The notes beneath the pieces are model-generated. The model saw only the letters and a program-made list of their open reading frames with translations, ran no database searches and was not told where the DNA came from. A stretch of DNA of 64,000 nucleotides from contig OZ257156.1 in NCBI GenBank assembly GCA_965279375.1, forward strand, positions 1,696,001 through 1,760,000, in the 5' to 3' direction. Position numbers and translations under genes: made by a program. Source of the DNA: Gemmatimonas sp. GTDB taxonomy: Bacteria; Gemmatimonadota; Gemmatimonadetes; Gemmatimonadales; Gemmatimonadaceae. Each line of letters opens with the position of its first letter. Position 1 is the first letter of the stretch. Of this stretch, positions 19,409 to 28,424 are shown piece by piece.

Positions 19409-19472
19409 GGTGACCCTGTTTCTACCCATTCGGTCCCGGGCACCGGCGCGCCGTCCGGTGCGTTGAAGAGCC

Positions 19473-19880
19473 ATGATTCGCTTTACTTCAACAGTTCCTG
19501 TCCTGCGTGTGGCCGATGTAGCACGCAGCGTTGCCTGGTACCGCGATGCACTGGGTTTCAGTGCGACCACCACGCCAGTCGATCCGCCGTTCGGTGCCGC
19601 GACGCTCTTACGCGACGACGCGGAGTTGGTGCTGCGGAAGGGGCGCATCGATCCTGCGCGATTCACTGGCCCGGATGACTGGGATGTGTACCTGCGGCTC
19701 ACGGGCAACGCGCTGACCGAGCTGTTGGATCACGCTCGTCGCTTGACGCCGCTGGTGCGCGGGCCCGAGGTGATGCCCAGCGGGTGGGTGGAGTTCGAGC
19801 TACAGGATCCGGACGGGCATCGGATCTGTATTGCGGAGCAGCTGGCGGATAGCCGCGCGTTCCCGCCGGCGGCGCGGTAG
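19473..19880 (+). CDS. VOC / glyoxalase / bleomycin-resistance family protein
   Basis: PVLRVADVARSVAWYRDALGF and EFELQDPDGHRI motifs. Confidence 0.88.
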   Translation: MIRFTSTVPVLRVADVARSVAWYRDALGFSATTTPVDPPFGAATLLRDDAELVLRKGRIDPARFTGPDDWDVYLRLTGNALTELLDHARRLTPLVRGPEVMPSGWVEFELQDPDGHRICIAEQLADSRAFPPAAR

Positions 19881-19908
19881 GGCAGCGCCACCGGTTTCCG
19901 CTGACGCC

Positions 19909-20194
19909 GTTCGCGGTTCCGTGACCGGCAACGAAGTTCGCTCCACTGATCTCCGACCACCCACCACTCGGTACTCGGCACCGGGTGGTTGGGATCTTCT
20001 CCATCGAGAGGGCGCCGCCCGGGAGGTTCACGGTGAGCCCTTCGCATGCCGAGCAATCGGTCGCGGGCACTCTCATCACCCGGAACCGCGGTATCATGGC
20101 AGCCCGGTGTCGAGTTGCGGGTGGTGAGTTGTGAGTGGAGCGAACTGCGTTGTCGGTTGGCGAACTGCAAACGCCGTGACCGGTCACCGCGAAC
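19909..20194. repeat. Long imperfect inverted-repeat element (REP/MITE/ncRNA-like)
   Basis: Arms 19925-19985 and 20103-20156 are complementary (21/23 at the outer end); GTTCGCGG(TTCCG)TGACCGG at 19909 also complements CCGGTCACCGCGAAC at 20180-20194. Confidence 0.75.
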
Positions 20195-20197
20195 TCG

Positions 20198-21424
20198 CTA
20201 CTTCCTGCAGCTCCGCAGCACTGCCAAGGCATTCGCCACCGGACGCTCGCCCGCGCCATCCGACGGGTGCGTCACCGTGCGCACCCCGCGCGGCGCCTTC
20301 GCATCCGTTACCACCATCGCCGAGGAGCCACCACCGTCGAGATTCACGGCGTTTGTGGCGCCGATCGCGCGAAAGAGCTCGGCGGTTTGCCGGAGTGACA
20401 TGCCCATGCTGTACTTGGGCTGCCGCCCGTCGATGACGGCAATGAAGATGCGACGGCCGCCATCGCCGTAGCCGACGGCTGTGCGCGGGTTGAGACCGCG
20501 AAACGCAGCATTGTTCACCGAATCGACGGCGCCTACGATCGCGCTGTCACGCAGCAACACCGGCTGTGCGCCGACTGACTGCACCGGTGTGATCGGCATC
20601 AACTCGCGTGAAAGACTGATCGTGTCGCCGAGTACGATGGCACTGTTCTTCGGCAGATTCACGACGAGGAGTGTGTCCCCACGGGCGATGGCAGTGGGCC
20701 CGCGAAGCGGCTTGAGCACAAAGCGTTGCGTACGCGTGGCGGGGGCCGCAACGGGCTCCAGCACCAGCGTGCGGCGAATGAGTGATGAATCGATCGGAAC
20801 GCCCCACGCCGCATCGACCACGCCGACGCGATTGGCGGTGGGACGGTTCCACGTGTCGACGTTTACAATGTCCGCGGTGGTGCCGCGCGGTGTGCGCATC
20901 TGCGCCTTCACGCTGAGCGCGCCAATCCATGGTCTGCCGTCATCTGTCACGGCAAACACCGGACGGTCGATTGGCCCGGAGATCAGCGCGCCGTTCTCGA
21001 TGTGCGCCCCGACCGGTACGCCAGGTGGCGCGAAGAGAAAGAAGTCCGCGTTCACTGCCGCGATTGGCTTGAGCGCGGGACTCATACCCGCGAGCAATGT
21101 GCTCGTGGTGCTGCGCCCCACAGCGACGGGCCCGCCCTTCACTGCCTGCAGCGATACGCACGCCGTGCGGTCCACTTCCAGTACGGCCGCGCGCCATGGC
21201 TCCGCGTTGTGCACCAGGCGATGCAGCGTCACACCCGGCGCGAGTGCTTCGCTCGTGACCGTTTCGGCGATCGTGCGTGCCAAGCGCGGCACCGACGACG
21301 CGCGCGACGAACGAAACGGCAACACGCCACATGCGCTGAGCATCGGCAACACCAACAGCGCGGCAGCAAGGCCTGCACGCGTGCTGTGCGGTACGCGCTG
21401 CTGCAAGTGCTTGAGCGATTGCAC
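20198..21424 (-). CDS. Phosphodiester glycosidase (NAGPA-like) family lipoprotein
   Basis: AAVNADFF, NPRTAVG, IDGRQ, AVNLDGGGSS and ERPVANAL motifs; lipobox LSAC; start approximate. Confidence 0.85.
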   Translation of the reverse strand: MQSLKHLQQRVPHSTRAGLAAALLVLPMLSACGVLPFRSSRASSVPRLARTIAETVTSEALAPGVTLHRLVHNAEPWRAAVLEVDRTACVSLQAVKGGPVAVGRSTTSTLLAGMSPALKPIAAVNADFFLFAPPGVPVGAHIENGALISGPIDRPVFAVTDDGRPWIGALSVKAQMRTPRGTTADIVNVDTWNRPTANRVGVVDAAWGVPIDSSLIRRTLVLEPVAAPATRTQRFVLKPLRGPTAIARGDTLLVVNLPKNSAIVLGDTISLSRELMPITPVQSVGAQPVLLRDSAIVGAVDSVNNAAFRGLNPRTAVGYGDGGRRIFIAVIDGRQPKYSMGMSLRQTAELFRAIGATNAVNLDGGGSSAMVVTDAKAPRGVRTVTHPSDGAGERPVANALAVLRSCRK

Positions 21425-21426
21425 GG

Positions 21427-22974
21427 CTACCAATCCGCCGGAACGTAGTCCTTGAGGAAGTTGCCCCACATGTGCTCGCCCGAGTTCACGCCGGCGATGA
21501 TCGGATCGACGATGCGCGCCGCGCCGTCCACGATATCGAGCGGTGGATGGAAGCGATGCTCTGCCACCTTGCGCGCGGCAATCTCCGCCGGATCCTCGTC
21601 CGTCACCCAGCCCGTGTCGACCGCATTCATGTGAATGCCGTCGTTGATGTAGTCGGCGGCGGCCGTGCGCGTCATCATGTTGAGCGCGGCCTTGGCCATG
21701 TTGGTGTGCGGATGGCGTGTCGTCTTGAACTTGCGATAGAACTGACCTTCCACCGCCGACACGTTGACGATGTGCTTGTCCTTGTTCGCCGTGCGCATCA
21801 TCAATGGCTTGAGACGCGCGTTGATGAGGAACGGCGCGATCGCATTCACGAGATGCACTTCCAGCAGCTCCACCGACGGCACTTCGGCCATCAGCATGCG
21901 CCATGAGTTGCGATCGCGCAGGTCGATCTGCTGCAGGTCCTGATCGAGACGGCCCTCGGGGAAGAGTGCCTTCTGTGCGGCAATCTCCTCAGGCAACAGC
22001 CGCACCTGCGACAGTTCGGCGGCGTGCGTGAGGCCAGCCACTTCGGCCAGCTTCGGCGGCGACACGGCGAGCGCCGCGCGATCACTCGCGTCCACGTTCG
22101 ATCCTTCCGGCAGCATGCTGTAGCCGCGCAGCCCTTCGTACGCGCCGATCAACTTGCGCGTATCCTCGGGCATCGCGTGCAACGGCATCGTCTCGCCTTC
22201 CATCATGTGCGCGTAGAAATCAGGCGGACGACGCACCGTCTGACACGCGTTGTTCACAATGAAGTCGAGCCGTTCGCGCGTGTTCAGCAGATGCGTGCAG
22301 AACGCTTCCACGCTTGGCGTATGGCGCAGGTCGAGCCCGAAGATCTCGAGCCGGTGGCCCCATTCAGCAAAGTCCGGCTCCGCCGCATAGCGCGCCGCCG
22401 AGTCGCGCGGGAAGCGCGTGGTGACGATGAGCGAGGCACCGCAGCGGAGCAGCTTGATGCCCGCCTGATAGCCGATCTTGACGCGGCCGCCGGTGAGCAG
22501 CGCCACACGACCAGCCAGATCCGCCAGCTCCGACCGCTTTCGGTAGTTAAACTCGGCGCACGTCGGGCAGAGCTGATCGTAGAAGTGATGGATCTGCGCG
22601 TAGTTCTGCTTGCAGACGTAGCAGTTCTGCGGCTCGAGCGCTTCGCGGAATTCCGGATCGCTGTCGACGTCGTGCTGTTCGAAGTCCTGCGGCGGGAAGA
22701 TGTTGGGCGTCGTGAAGATCGTCTGTAGACGCAGTTTCCGAATGCCCGTTTCCGAGAGCACGGACTCTTCGCGCTTGACCTTGTTGGCCTTGCGGTGCCG
22801 CTTGGTTTCCTTGACCAGCTGGCGACGCTTGATCGCGTCCGGGCGCGAGACTTCGCCGGCTGCTTGCAGCAGCCGGTTGCGCTCTGCTTCCGGAACACCC
22901 GCGAGCAGCGCTCGATCGTTGATGATGGACTCGAGCAGTTCTGCGGCGTCGCGCAGGCGGTCAGAAATCGACAT
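21427..22974 (-). CDS. Atypical SDR oxidoreductase with N-terminal Cys4 finger
   Basis: CYVC...CPTC; ALLTGGRVKIG, NNACQT, IVNVSA, HTNMAKAALN and VDTGW motifs. Confidence 0.85.
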   Translation of the reverse strand: MSISDRLRDAAELLESIINDRALLAGVPEAERNRLLQAAGEVSRPDAIKRRQLVKETKRHRKANKVKREESVLSETGIRKLRLQTIFTTPNIFPPQDFEQHDVDSDPEFREALEPQNCYVCKQNYAQIHHFYDQLCPTCAEFNYRKRSELADLAGRVALLTGGRVKIGYQAGIKLLRCGASLIVTTRFPRDSAARYAAEPDFAEWGHRLEIFGLDLRHTPSVEAFCTHLLNTRERLDFIVNNACQTVRRPPDFYAHMMEGETMPLHAMPEDTRKLIGAYEGLRGYSMLPEGSNVDASDRAALAVSPPKLAEVAGLTHAAELSQVRLLPEEIAAQKALFPEGRLDQDLQQIDLRDRNSWRMLMAEVPSVELLEVHLVNAIAPFLINARLKPLMMRTANKDKHIVNVSAVEGQFYRKFKTTRHPHTNMAKAALNMMTRTAAADYINDGIHMNAVDTGWVTDEDPAEIAARKVAEHRFHPPLDIVDGAARIVDPIIAGVNSGEHMWGNFLKDYVPADW

Positions 22975-23021
22975 GACGGTGATGACGTGCTGGAAGACGA
23001 AGAATGATGCGGGCGATGCGA

Positions 23022-24266
23022 CTACTTGCGGAGCGTCGCGCCGGTGAGGCGACCGATGGCGCCAAGAGTAGTCTGCGCGGCGTTGAGGCCGAGCTTGAAA
23101 TCCTTGTCGCTGTAGGTCGAGAAAACGTCGGTGGGCTGATGCCACTGCGGATCCCAACCGTTGCCGATCTGCGTGCCGCGCTCGTTCTCGCGCAGGCTGA
23201 TCGCCGGGATGATGTCCATGAACGGACCGGAGTCCGTGTTCGTCATGAACGGACTGACGACGGCCGGATAATCAGTGGCGTACTTCTGATTGGCGGCATG
23301 AAACGCCCACGCGAGCGTCTGCGCGCCGGCCGCCTGCTTGGCCGTGGTCTGGAATTCGATGTTCACGTCGGCTTCAGGACGCTGTTCCTTGCGCATCGTG
23401 CCGTCGACGTTGGGCGCACCATGATCGAACATCATCATGTCGTGCTGCACCATCCCCAACCACTTGGGCTCGGGATACTTCTTGGAGCCAACGGGCGACT
23501 CCTTCCCCTGCAGCGCTTCACGCTGTGCGACGTAGGCGCGCGCGCCATCGAGGCCGCTCTCTTCGTTGTTCCAGAGGGCGAAGCGAATGCTGCGTTCGGT
23601 CTGTACGTCGGGGCTGCTGAAGATGCGCGCGAGCTCCATCACGATCGCCGTGCCCGATGCGTCGTCATTGACCGCTTCGCCCCAGCCGATGCCGTCCATG
23701 TGCCCACCGACGATGTACATCTCTTCGGGGTGCGTCGTACCAACCTTCGTGCAGAACACTTCCTGCCGCTGTCCTGGTGACGTCGGCTCGGCGTTGAGCG
23801 CGCGCAAACGCGCGTCGGGCTGGAGCAGTGAGTCGTTGTTGACGCCGGTGCGTGCGCGCACGCCACGCGGGCGACCACCACCCTGCGCGACGAGCGGCGC
23901 CGCGCCGCGACCACCCGCTGGCGCGCCGGCCGGAGCACCGGCCGGACGCGGAGCCGGCGGGCGGGGCTGCCAATCGTAGGTGATGCGTTCCGTGTTGGTG
24001 CAGCCATAGCTCTTGAGCTGCGCCTCGATCCAGTCGACGGCATCGCGGTTGCGCTTGGTGCCCTGCCGGCGGTCGCCAAAGGCGGCGAGCCCCTTGATCG
24101 TCGCCTTGTACTTCTCCAGGTCGAGGCGCCCGACCATATCCGCGATTGGATCAGGTGCCGTGTCGCGTGGTGCCGCGGGAGCCTGCGCGTTCAGCGAAGA
24201 CGCCGCGAGCAGGGCGAAAGCGAACGGCGCAAAGGCGCCGGCACGGGGCAGCGAAACGAGAGCCAT
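23022..24266 (-). CDS. Exported peptidase M28 family protein
   Basis: GGHMD, NDDASG, NEESGL, QHDMM, TDS and WHQPTD motifs; signal peptide ending LNA-Q. Confidence 0.88.
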   Translation of the reverse strand: MALVSLPRAGAFAPFAFALLAASSLNAQAPAAPRDTAPDPIADMVGRLDLEKYKATIKGLAAFGDRRQGTKRNRDAVDWIEAQLKSYGCTNTERITYDWQPRPPAPRPAGAPAGAPAGGRGAAPLVAQGGGRPRGVRARTGVNNDSLLQPDARLRALNAEPTSPGQRQEVFCTKVGTTHPEEMYIVGGHMDGIGWGEAVNDDASGTAIVMELARIFSSPDVQTERSIRFALWNNEESGLDGARAYVAQREALQGKESPVGSKKYPEPKWLGMVQHDMMMFDHGAPNVDGTMRKEQRPEADVNIEFQTTAKQAAGAQTLAWAFHAANQKYATDYPAVVSPFMTNTDSGPFMDIIPAISLRENERGTQIGNGWDPQWHQPTDVFSTYSDKDFKLGLNAAQTTLGAIGRLTGATLRK

Positions 24267-24370
24267 GGCAAGTCGCGGTGAAGGGAGAGGACCGGTCGGC
24301 GATGGGGCGTCCTGAAGCAGGCGCACCGCCAGCCGTGGAGAATAACGTCCTCGCCCCTCCCCTCGCTCGC

Positions 24371-25570
24371 TTACCGCATCTTCGTCGCGACGATCGGATC
24401 GTCCTCGCCGCGTGTCCACGCCAAAGTCGGCCACCACCGATTGATCGCGGACGGCAGGGAGGGCTCCACCCGCTCGCCCGGGCGCGGCGTCAGCACCGTC
24501 ACACCGGCGGCCGAGCTCGCAACGAGGGCGCGCTCGATCGGCTCCGTCCAGCCGTGGTAGGCCAGCGCAAAGAGTCCCCAGTGCACTGGCAGCAGCACCT
24601 TCCCGCGGACCATGGCATGTGCCCGTACCGCCTGCTCGGGGCCCAGATGCCAGTCGGGCCAGCCCTGCCCGTATTGTCCCACCTCGATCATTGTGAGGTC
24701 GAAGGGCCCGAGCCGTTCGCCGATGTCGCGCAACGCCGGAAAGAGCCCCGTATCTCCGGAGTACCAGACGCGGTGATTCGCCGAGATGAGGGCGAATCCG
24801 GCCCAGAGCTTGGCATCGTTGTCGAACAGGATGCGCCCGGAGGCGTGACGCGCCGGAGTCGCTACCACCTCGATCGATGCAGCGCCTGAACGCACCGTGG
24901 TGCGCTGCCACCAGTCCAGTTCCACGATCCGCGAGGCCGGAATGCCCCATGATTCCAGATGCGCGCCGATGCCGAGCGGCACGATGAAGACGTTCTTCCA
25001 CTCCCGCATGGCGCGGATGGTGCCGTAGTCGAGATGATCGTAGTGGTCGTGCGAGATGATCACCGCGTCGATCGCGGGCAGGTCGTTGAGCGCGATCAGT
25101 GGCTGGTTCCAGCGCCGTGGCCCCACCAAGCGCGTGGGCGACGACCGTTCGCTCCAGATGGGATCGGTCAGGATGCGAACGCCGTCGATCTCGACCAGCG
25201 CGCTGGAATGCCCGAACCAGGTGGCGCGAAGTCCACTCACTGGCGGCGACGCGTATGACGCGGCGGAGATGAGCGCTGTCGGCAATGGTTCGCGCGGTGA
25301 GACCACCGGGCTCACGTGCAGCAGGCCGCGCAGGCTCACCCAGAAATCGTTCGCCAAGGGCTGCGGATTCACGAAGCGCTTGCCACGCCACTCCGGCGAG
25401 ACCGACATCCGCTGCAGTCGAGCTCCCGTGGCCGCGCGTCCGAAATCCGCCCATCCGTCCACGATGAGCACACTGGACGCCACCGCAATTGCCGTCGAGA
25501 CCCCTCCAATAAGCCAGCGCAGCGTGCGTCGCAGTGCCGACCCAGATCGCCGTGGCTTCACTTTGCGCAA
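24371..25570 (-). CDS. MBL-fold metallo-hydrolase (NAPE-PLD-like)
   Basis: WFGHSS, LTDPIWS, SHDHYDHLD, PARH, SGDTG and PVHWG motifs; N-terminal TM; start uncertain. Confidence 0.88.
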   Translation of the reverse strand: MRKVKPRRSGSALRRTLRWLIGGVSTAIAVASSVLIVDGWADFGRAATGARLQRMSVSPEWRGKRFVNPQPLANDFWVSLRGLLHVSPVVSPREPLPTALISAASYASPPVSGLRATWFGHSSALVEIDGVRILTDPIWSERSSPTRLVGPRRWNQPLIALNDLPAIDAVIISHDHYDHLDYGTIRAMREWKNVFIVPLGIGAHLESWGIPASRIVELDWWQRTTVRSGAASIEVVATPARHASGRILFDNDAKLWAGFALISANHRVWYSGDTGLFPALRDIGERLGPFDLTMIEVGQYGQGWPDWHLGPEQAVRAHAMVRGKVLLPVHWGLFALAYHGWTEPIERALVASSAAGVTVLTPRPGERVEPSLPSAINRWWPTLAWTRGEDDPIVATKMR

Positions 25571-25635
25571 TAGCTATTGAAGTTCATCAAGGATGTCATG
25601 CTCGACAGGAACATACACGACAGCAAGCTTCGTCC

Positions 25636-26167
25636 ATGTACATGGTCATCTTCGGCGTCTCAGGCATGGTAGGGCAAGGGGTGCTGCTTCTGTCTCGGTG
25701 TGTCGGCGGCGGGAATGACGGAGGACGCGTACCGCGAGGTGACGTTCGATTTGACACTTTCCGTCGCCCAAACGTTGGTGCAGCGAAATCCGGCGATGAC
25801 GTTCATCTACGTCTCGGGTGCCGGTACCGACAGCTCGGAACGCGGACGCACGATGTGGGCGCGGGTGAAAGGGCGCACAGAGAATGCGTTGTTGGCGTTG
25901 CCTTTCAAGGCCGCCTACATGTTTCGTCCGGGATTCATCCAGCCACTGGATGGCATCACCTCCCGGACGCCGCTCTATCGTGCCATCTACGCAGTGGTCG
26001 GCCCATTGTATCCGCTGCTGCGCGCGCTCGTGCCGCAGTTCGTCACGACGACTACCACGGTCGGGCGCGCCATGCTGCAGGTGATTCGCAGCGGGGCCAC
26101 CACGCCCCTCATCGAGCAGCGGCAGATCAACGAGCTCGGCGCGCTCTACGAACGCGAGCACAGCTAG
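25636..26167 (+). pseudogene. NAD(P)-dependent epimerase-like gene with internal deletion and frameshift
   Basis: Rossmann start VIFGVSGMVGQGVL joins at ~25686, in another frame, to CFCLGVSAAGM...YVSGAGTDSSE...WARVKG; the intervening segment typical of the family is missing. Confidence 0.75.
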
Positions 26168-26236
26168 CGTCCACAGCGAGCGCCGCCGCTCGCGCTCGTC
26201 TTGCGCCTCGGGTATTTGTTCTACAAAATAGTAATA

Positions 26237-26572
26237 ATGACGTCGCCCAGGATCGGCTCCCTCGAACTCGCCACGCTGCTCGCAGTCGCTCGACTCGGCG
26301 ATGATGCGTACGGGCTCGCCGTGCGCGCCGACCTGGGAGCGCGGACGGGGCGCGGTCACTCCGTCGGTGCCGTGTACACGACGCTCCAACGACTCGAAGA
26401 CAAGGGACTGCTGACGTCGAGCGCGAGCGACCCATTGCCGATCCGCGGTGGTCGTTCGCGTCGGCACTTCACCGTGACCGGCGCGGGAGCGAAGGCGCTG
26501 CGGGAAGCAGAGCGCAGCTCGGCGGCGCTCTGGAGCGGCTTCGGCACGCCACATCGTCCGGGGTTCGCCTGA
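26237..26572 (+). CDS. PadR family transcriptional regulator
   Basis: GSLELATLLAV, DAYGLAV, GAVYTTLQRLEDKGLL and GGRSRRHFTVTGAG motifs. Confidence 0.92.
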   Translation: MTSPRIGSLELATLLAVARLGDDAYGLAVRADLGARTGRGHSVGAVYTTLQRLEDKGLLTSSASDPLPIRGGRSRRHFTVTGAGAKALREAERSSAALWSGFGTPHRPGFA

Positions 26573-27738
26573 TGCCAACGCCATCCGATAGACTGGAGTC
26601 GCCGCCCCACGAACGCCTCACGCGTGCACCCGCGCGCGCAGGTGCGGAAGGGCTCTGGTTGGCGTTGGGCGCTCGTGCGGACTTTGTCGAATCCGTGTTG
26701 GGCGATCTCGCGGAAGAGTACGCGCGTCGAACGAGTCAGGGCGGAGTGTTTCAGGCGCGCGCGTGGTACGTGTGGGAAGCCGTACGGTCCACGCCCCACA
26801 TGTTGCGCAACGCGGTGCGATATGGCGGTCGAGAGCAGCGTCTGCGCGTGGCAGCTTTGGGTGCCGGCGTAGTCGCCCTGTTGTTCCTCGCAGCCCTGGT
26901 CATCGCGCTGCGCAACGGACCGCCGACGCGACTCGTTGCTGGAGAGGCCAACACCGTTGTCGTCAACAGTCAGCGCCCGATTCAACTCCCGATGCGCGTG
27001 TTGGACGCCAGAGGGCGCTCGCTCGACTCGAGTGGTGTGTCGTACGCGTGGCTGGCGGGTGCACCGGTGTCTCTCTCGGCCGACGGCATTCTCACCTGCC
27101 ACGAGCGCGGCGACGTAACCGTGCGTGCCTCGCTGCATGTGATCAGCACGGACGTGCGCGTACACTGTCGGCCGGTTGCTGGTGTGCGCGCCCCTTGGAT
27201 GATGGAACTGGTGATAGGTGATGCGCCAACCGACATCCCGTTCGAAGCGCTCAACCCGTACGGCGAGCCCGAGCGGATGCTCACCGGAAAATTTTCGCTC
27301 CGCGATAGTTCGATCGCGTCGATCACGGATCAGCGTCTGGTCCCGCGCAAGGCAGGCGTGACTTCGCTCAGCATTCAGATCGGCGACGACCCCCGCGACG
27401 CGAGCGTGCATGTCTTCGAACCCGCGCATTCAATCGAAGACATCGCACCCGGACAACACCGCTCGGTGGCCATACGCCTCGCGCCCGGCGAAGCGAGACG
27501 ATGGCACCTCAAGCGTGCTCTCGAACTCCACTACTTCGCCATTCGTCCAGACACCGATGGTGGCACGCCGCCGAACGTGGCGATCCTCGGCGCGCAATGC
27601 ACGCGAGGGCAGGACAGTCACAGCTTCTTCTGCATCCCAGTCGATGGTACCTCGGTCGTGGTGTACAACTCGGCGCGTGCGGGAAGTGCGGGCGTTCAGC
27701 ATGGCCGATTGCTGGTGTGGCGCGCCGCCACGCCGTAG
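26572..27738 (+). CDS. Permease-prefix-domain membrane protein with extracytoplasmic Ig-like region
   Basis: ESVLGDLAEEY...ARAWYVWEAVRS, one TM helix, beta-rich Cys-containing C-terminus; TGATG coupling to padR. Confidence 0.65.
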   Translation: MPTPSDRLESPPHERLTRAPARAGAEGLWLALGARADFVESVLGDLAEEYARRTSQGGVFQARAWYVWEAVRSTPHMLRNAVRYGGREQRLRVAALGAGVVALLFLAALVIALRNGPPTRLVAGEANTVVVNSQRPIQLPMRVLDARGRSLDSSGVSYAWLAGAPVSLSADGILTCHERGDVTVRASLHVISTDVRVHCRPVAGVRAPWMMELVIGDAPTDIPFEALNPYGEPERMLTGKFSLRDSSIASITDQRLVPRKAGVTSLSIQIGDDPRDASVHVFEPAHSIEDIAPGQHRSVAIRLAPGEARRWHLKRALELHYFAIRPDTDGGTPPNVAILGAQCTRGQDSHSFFCIPVDGTSVVVYNSARAGSAGVQHGRLLVWRAATP

Positions 27739-27759
27739 TGATCGCGCGCGGACGACGTC

Positions 27760-28151
27760 TTACACAAGTCGCTCCAGCTTTCCCTTCCGCCGCACAATGT
27801 TCTTGTAGTCCCACTGAATGTCCCGCGCCTTCCGCAGCCATCGCTGCAGATCCACGGCGCTGATGTCGGCGACGTCGGCGTAGAAGATAGAGGCGTCCTT
27901 GAACTTCTTGCCCACGACGTTCAGCGCCGCTTCCCCGAAGTCTGCGCCGCTCCAGAACATCAGGCGAATGCCAGCCTTCTGCTTGCTGTAGCCGACAATC
28001 GGATTGCCATCCAGGAACCACACCGGATGCGCGTGCCAGACCTTGTTCTCTGCAGCCTCGAGATGACGATCGATCTCGTGTGCCAGACGGTCGCACACGG
28101 CCCCCATGGCGCGTCCTGAGACTCGTTGTACGCCACGGTATCAGCGTGCAT
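27760..28151 (-). pseudogene. DUF1801 (YdhG-like) gene with 1-nt frameshift
   Basis: RBS-preceded MHADTVAYNESQD is out of frame with AVCDRLAHEIDRHL...KVWHAHPVWFLDGNPIVGY; span is 392 nt (3n+2) and the break is near a C5 run at 28101-28105. Confidence 0.7.
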
Positions 28152-28424
28152 GTCATCGCTCCTGATGCGTGTGAACGGCGCAGGTACTGTCGCAGGCGGA
28201 CGGGAGCGAGCGACTGGAGGCGGACCGAGCCTGTAAGTCGCTACGCCGTCGCCACATGTGAAGGAGGGAGGTCGAGGCAGAAAATAGCGTCGAAAATCGC
28301 GCAGCGAACGGTCCAATCCATCCGACCGGGAGCGACGTACTATTAGCGAGAGTCCGTCCGCGCGGTCAGCGCAGCGTGGGACGGCGGCCCAATCGACACC
28401 GGAAACCGACTGCAGCGTCCAACC

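Noticed and set aside
19699..20471. Small ORFs across the inverted-repeat element
   Set aside because: No RBS, no motifs, and they overlap real genes; the element appears non-coding
28350..28395. NiCo riboswitch (CAGC and GTGGGAC present)
   Set aside because: Four-way junction and motif order are not met; kept only as a generic leader hairpin
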